From positions 384,001-448,000 of the forward strand of contig CAWFGE010000013.1 in assembly GCA_963815195.1 (NCBI GenBank): 64,000 nt of DNA. The letters run 5' to 3'. Position 1 is the first letter of the stretch, and every line of letters starts with the position of its first letter. Shown one piece after another: positions 63,681 through 64,000 of this stretch. Position numbers and translations under genes: made by a program. A model generated the notes under the pieces. It did no database searches and was not told where the DNA came from. It saw only the letters and a list, made by a program, of their open reading frames with translations. Source of the DNA: an uncultured Planctomycetaceae bacterium (lineage in GTDB: Bacteria; Planctomycetota; Planctomycetia; Planctomycetales; Planctomycetaceae).

Positions 63681-64000
63681 TTAATGATTGAACAAAAACT
63701 CGCTGCTGTTTAAGAGCGCCCAGAATACGTCGGTGAGGGCTTTGCCGGGATCGTTGGCGGGGCCGCCGCCGTCCACGTATTTTTTCATCCGGGCGAGTTC
63801 CGCTTTGCGGGGCTTTCGGGACAACGCGGCGAGATACAAGGCTTCGATCTTTCCCTCCGTGTCGAGAAACGGGGCCCGGGCGACGGCAGCGAGGGTTTGG
63901 CTCTGCTCGAGGTCGGTCGCGGCCGCGCTGAGCCCGCCGTTCATCAAAGCGAGGGCTTGCAGGATCGTCGTTTCGCGGTCGGTGAGCGTGGTGCCGCTGT
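63681..64000 (-). CDS. C-terminal part of a DUF1553-domain protein (5' end outside the window)
   Basis: TTILQALALMNG, LYLAALSRKP, DVFWALLNSSEFLFNH. Confidence 0.88.
   Translation of the reverse strand, partial: SGTTLTDRETTILQALALMNGGLSAAATDLEQSQTLAAVARAPFLDTEGKIEALYLAALSRKPRKAELARMKKYVDGGGPANDPGKALTDVFWALLNSSEFLFNH

Overview
GC-rich chromosomal window from a planctomycete. The assignment is inferred from DUF1501/DUF1553 gene pairs, a groEL-groES-groEL-dnaJ-grpE operon and planctomycete-like REP hairpins. In order it holds tatC, tRNA-Leu(TAA), a transporter/enzyme block, and a ~15-18 kb PUFA-synthase-like iterative type I PKS cluster (tandem flavin enoyl-reductase-like domains-KS-AT-ACP-KR; KS-less AT-DH-PPTase; free ACP; alpha/beta hydrolase; ABC exporter; O-methyltransferase). 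Next come a DUF1553/DUF1501 pair and egtB, whose 3' end is duplicated around a cassette-like membrane-protein gene. Then a phosphatase, a histidine kinase, a probable FHA-pseudokinase-TM-trypsin-DUF4034 fusion, the chaperone operon with a sigma54-type promoter, several metabolic genes and a second DUF1553/DUF1501/EF-hand locus. About 15 frame breaks, three of them in one groEL copy, point to uncorrected sequencing indels, so split ORFs are reported as single genes. No CRISPR array, rRNA, integrase or transposase was seen. All family calls are from motif recognition by eye; no searches were run.
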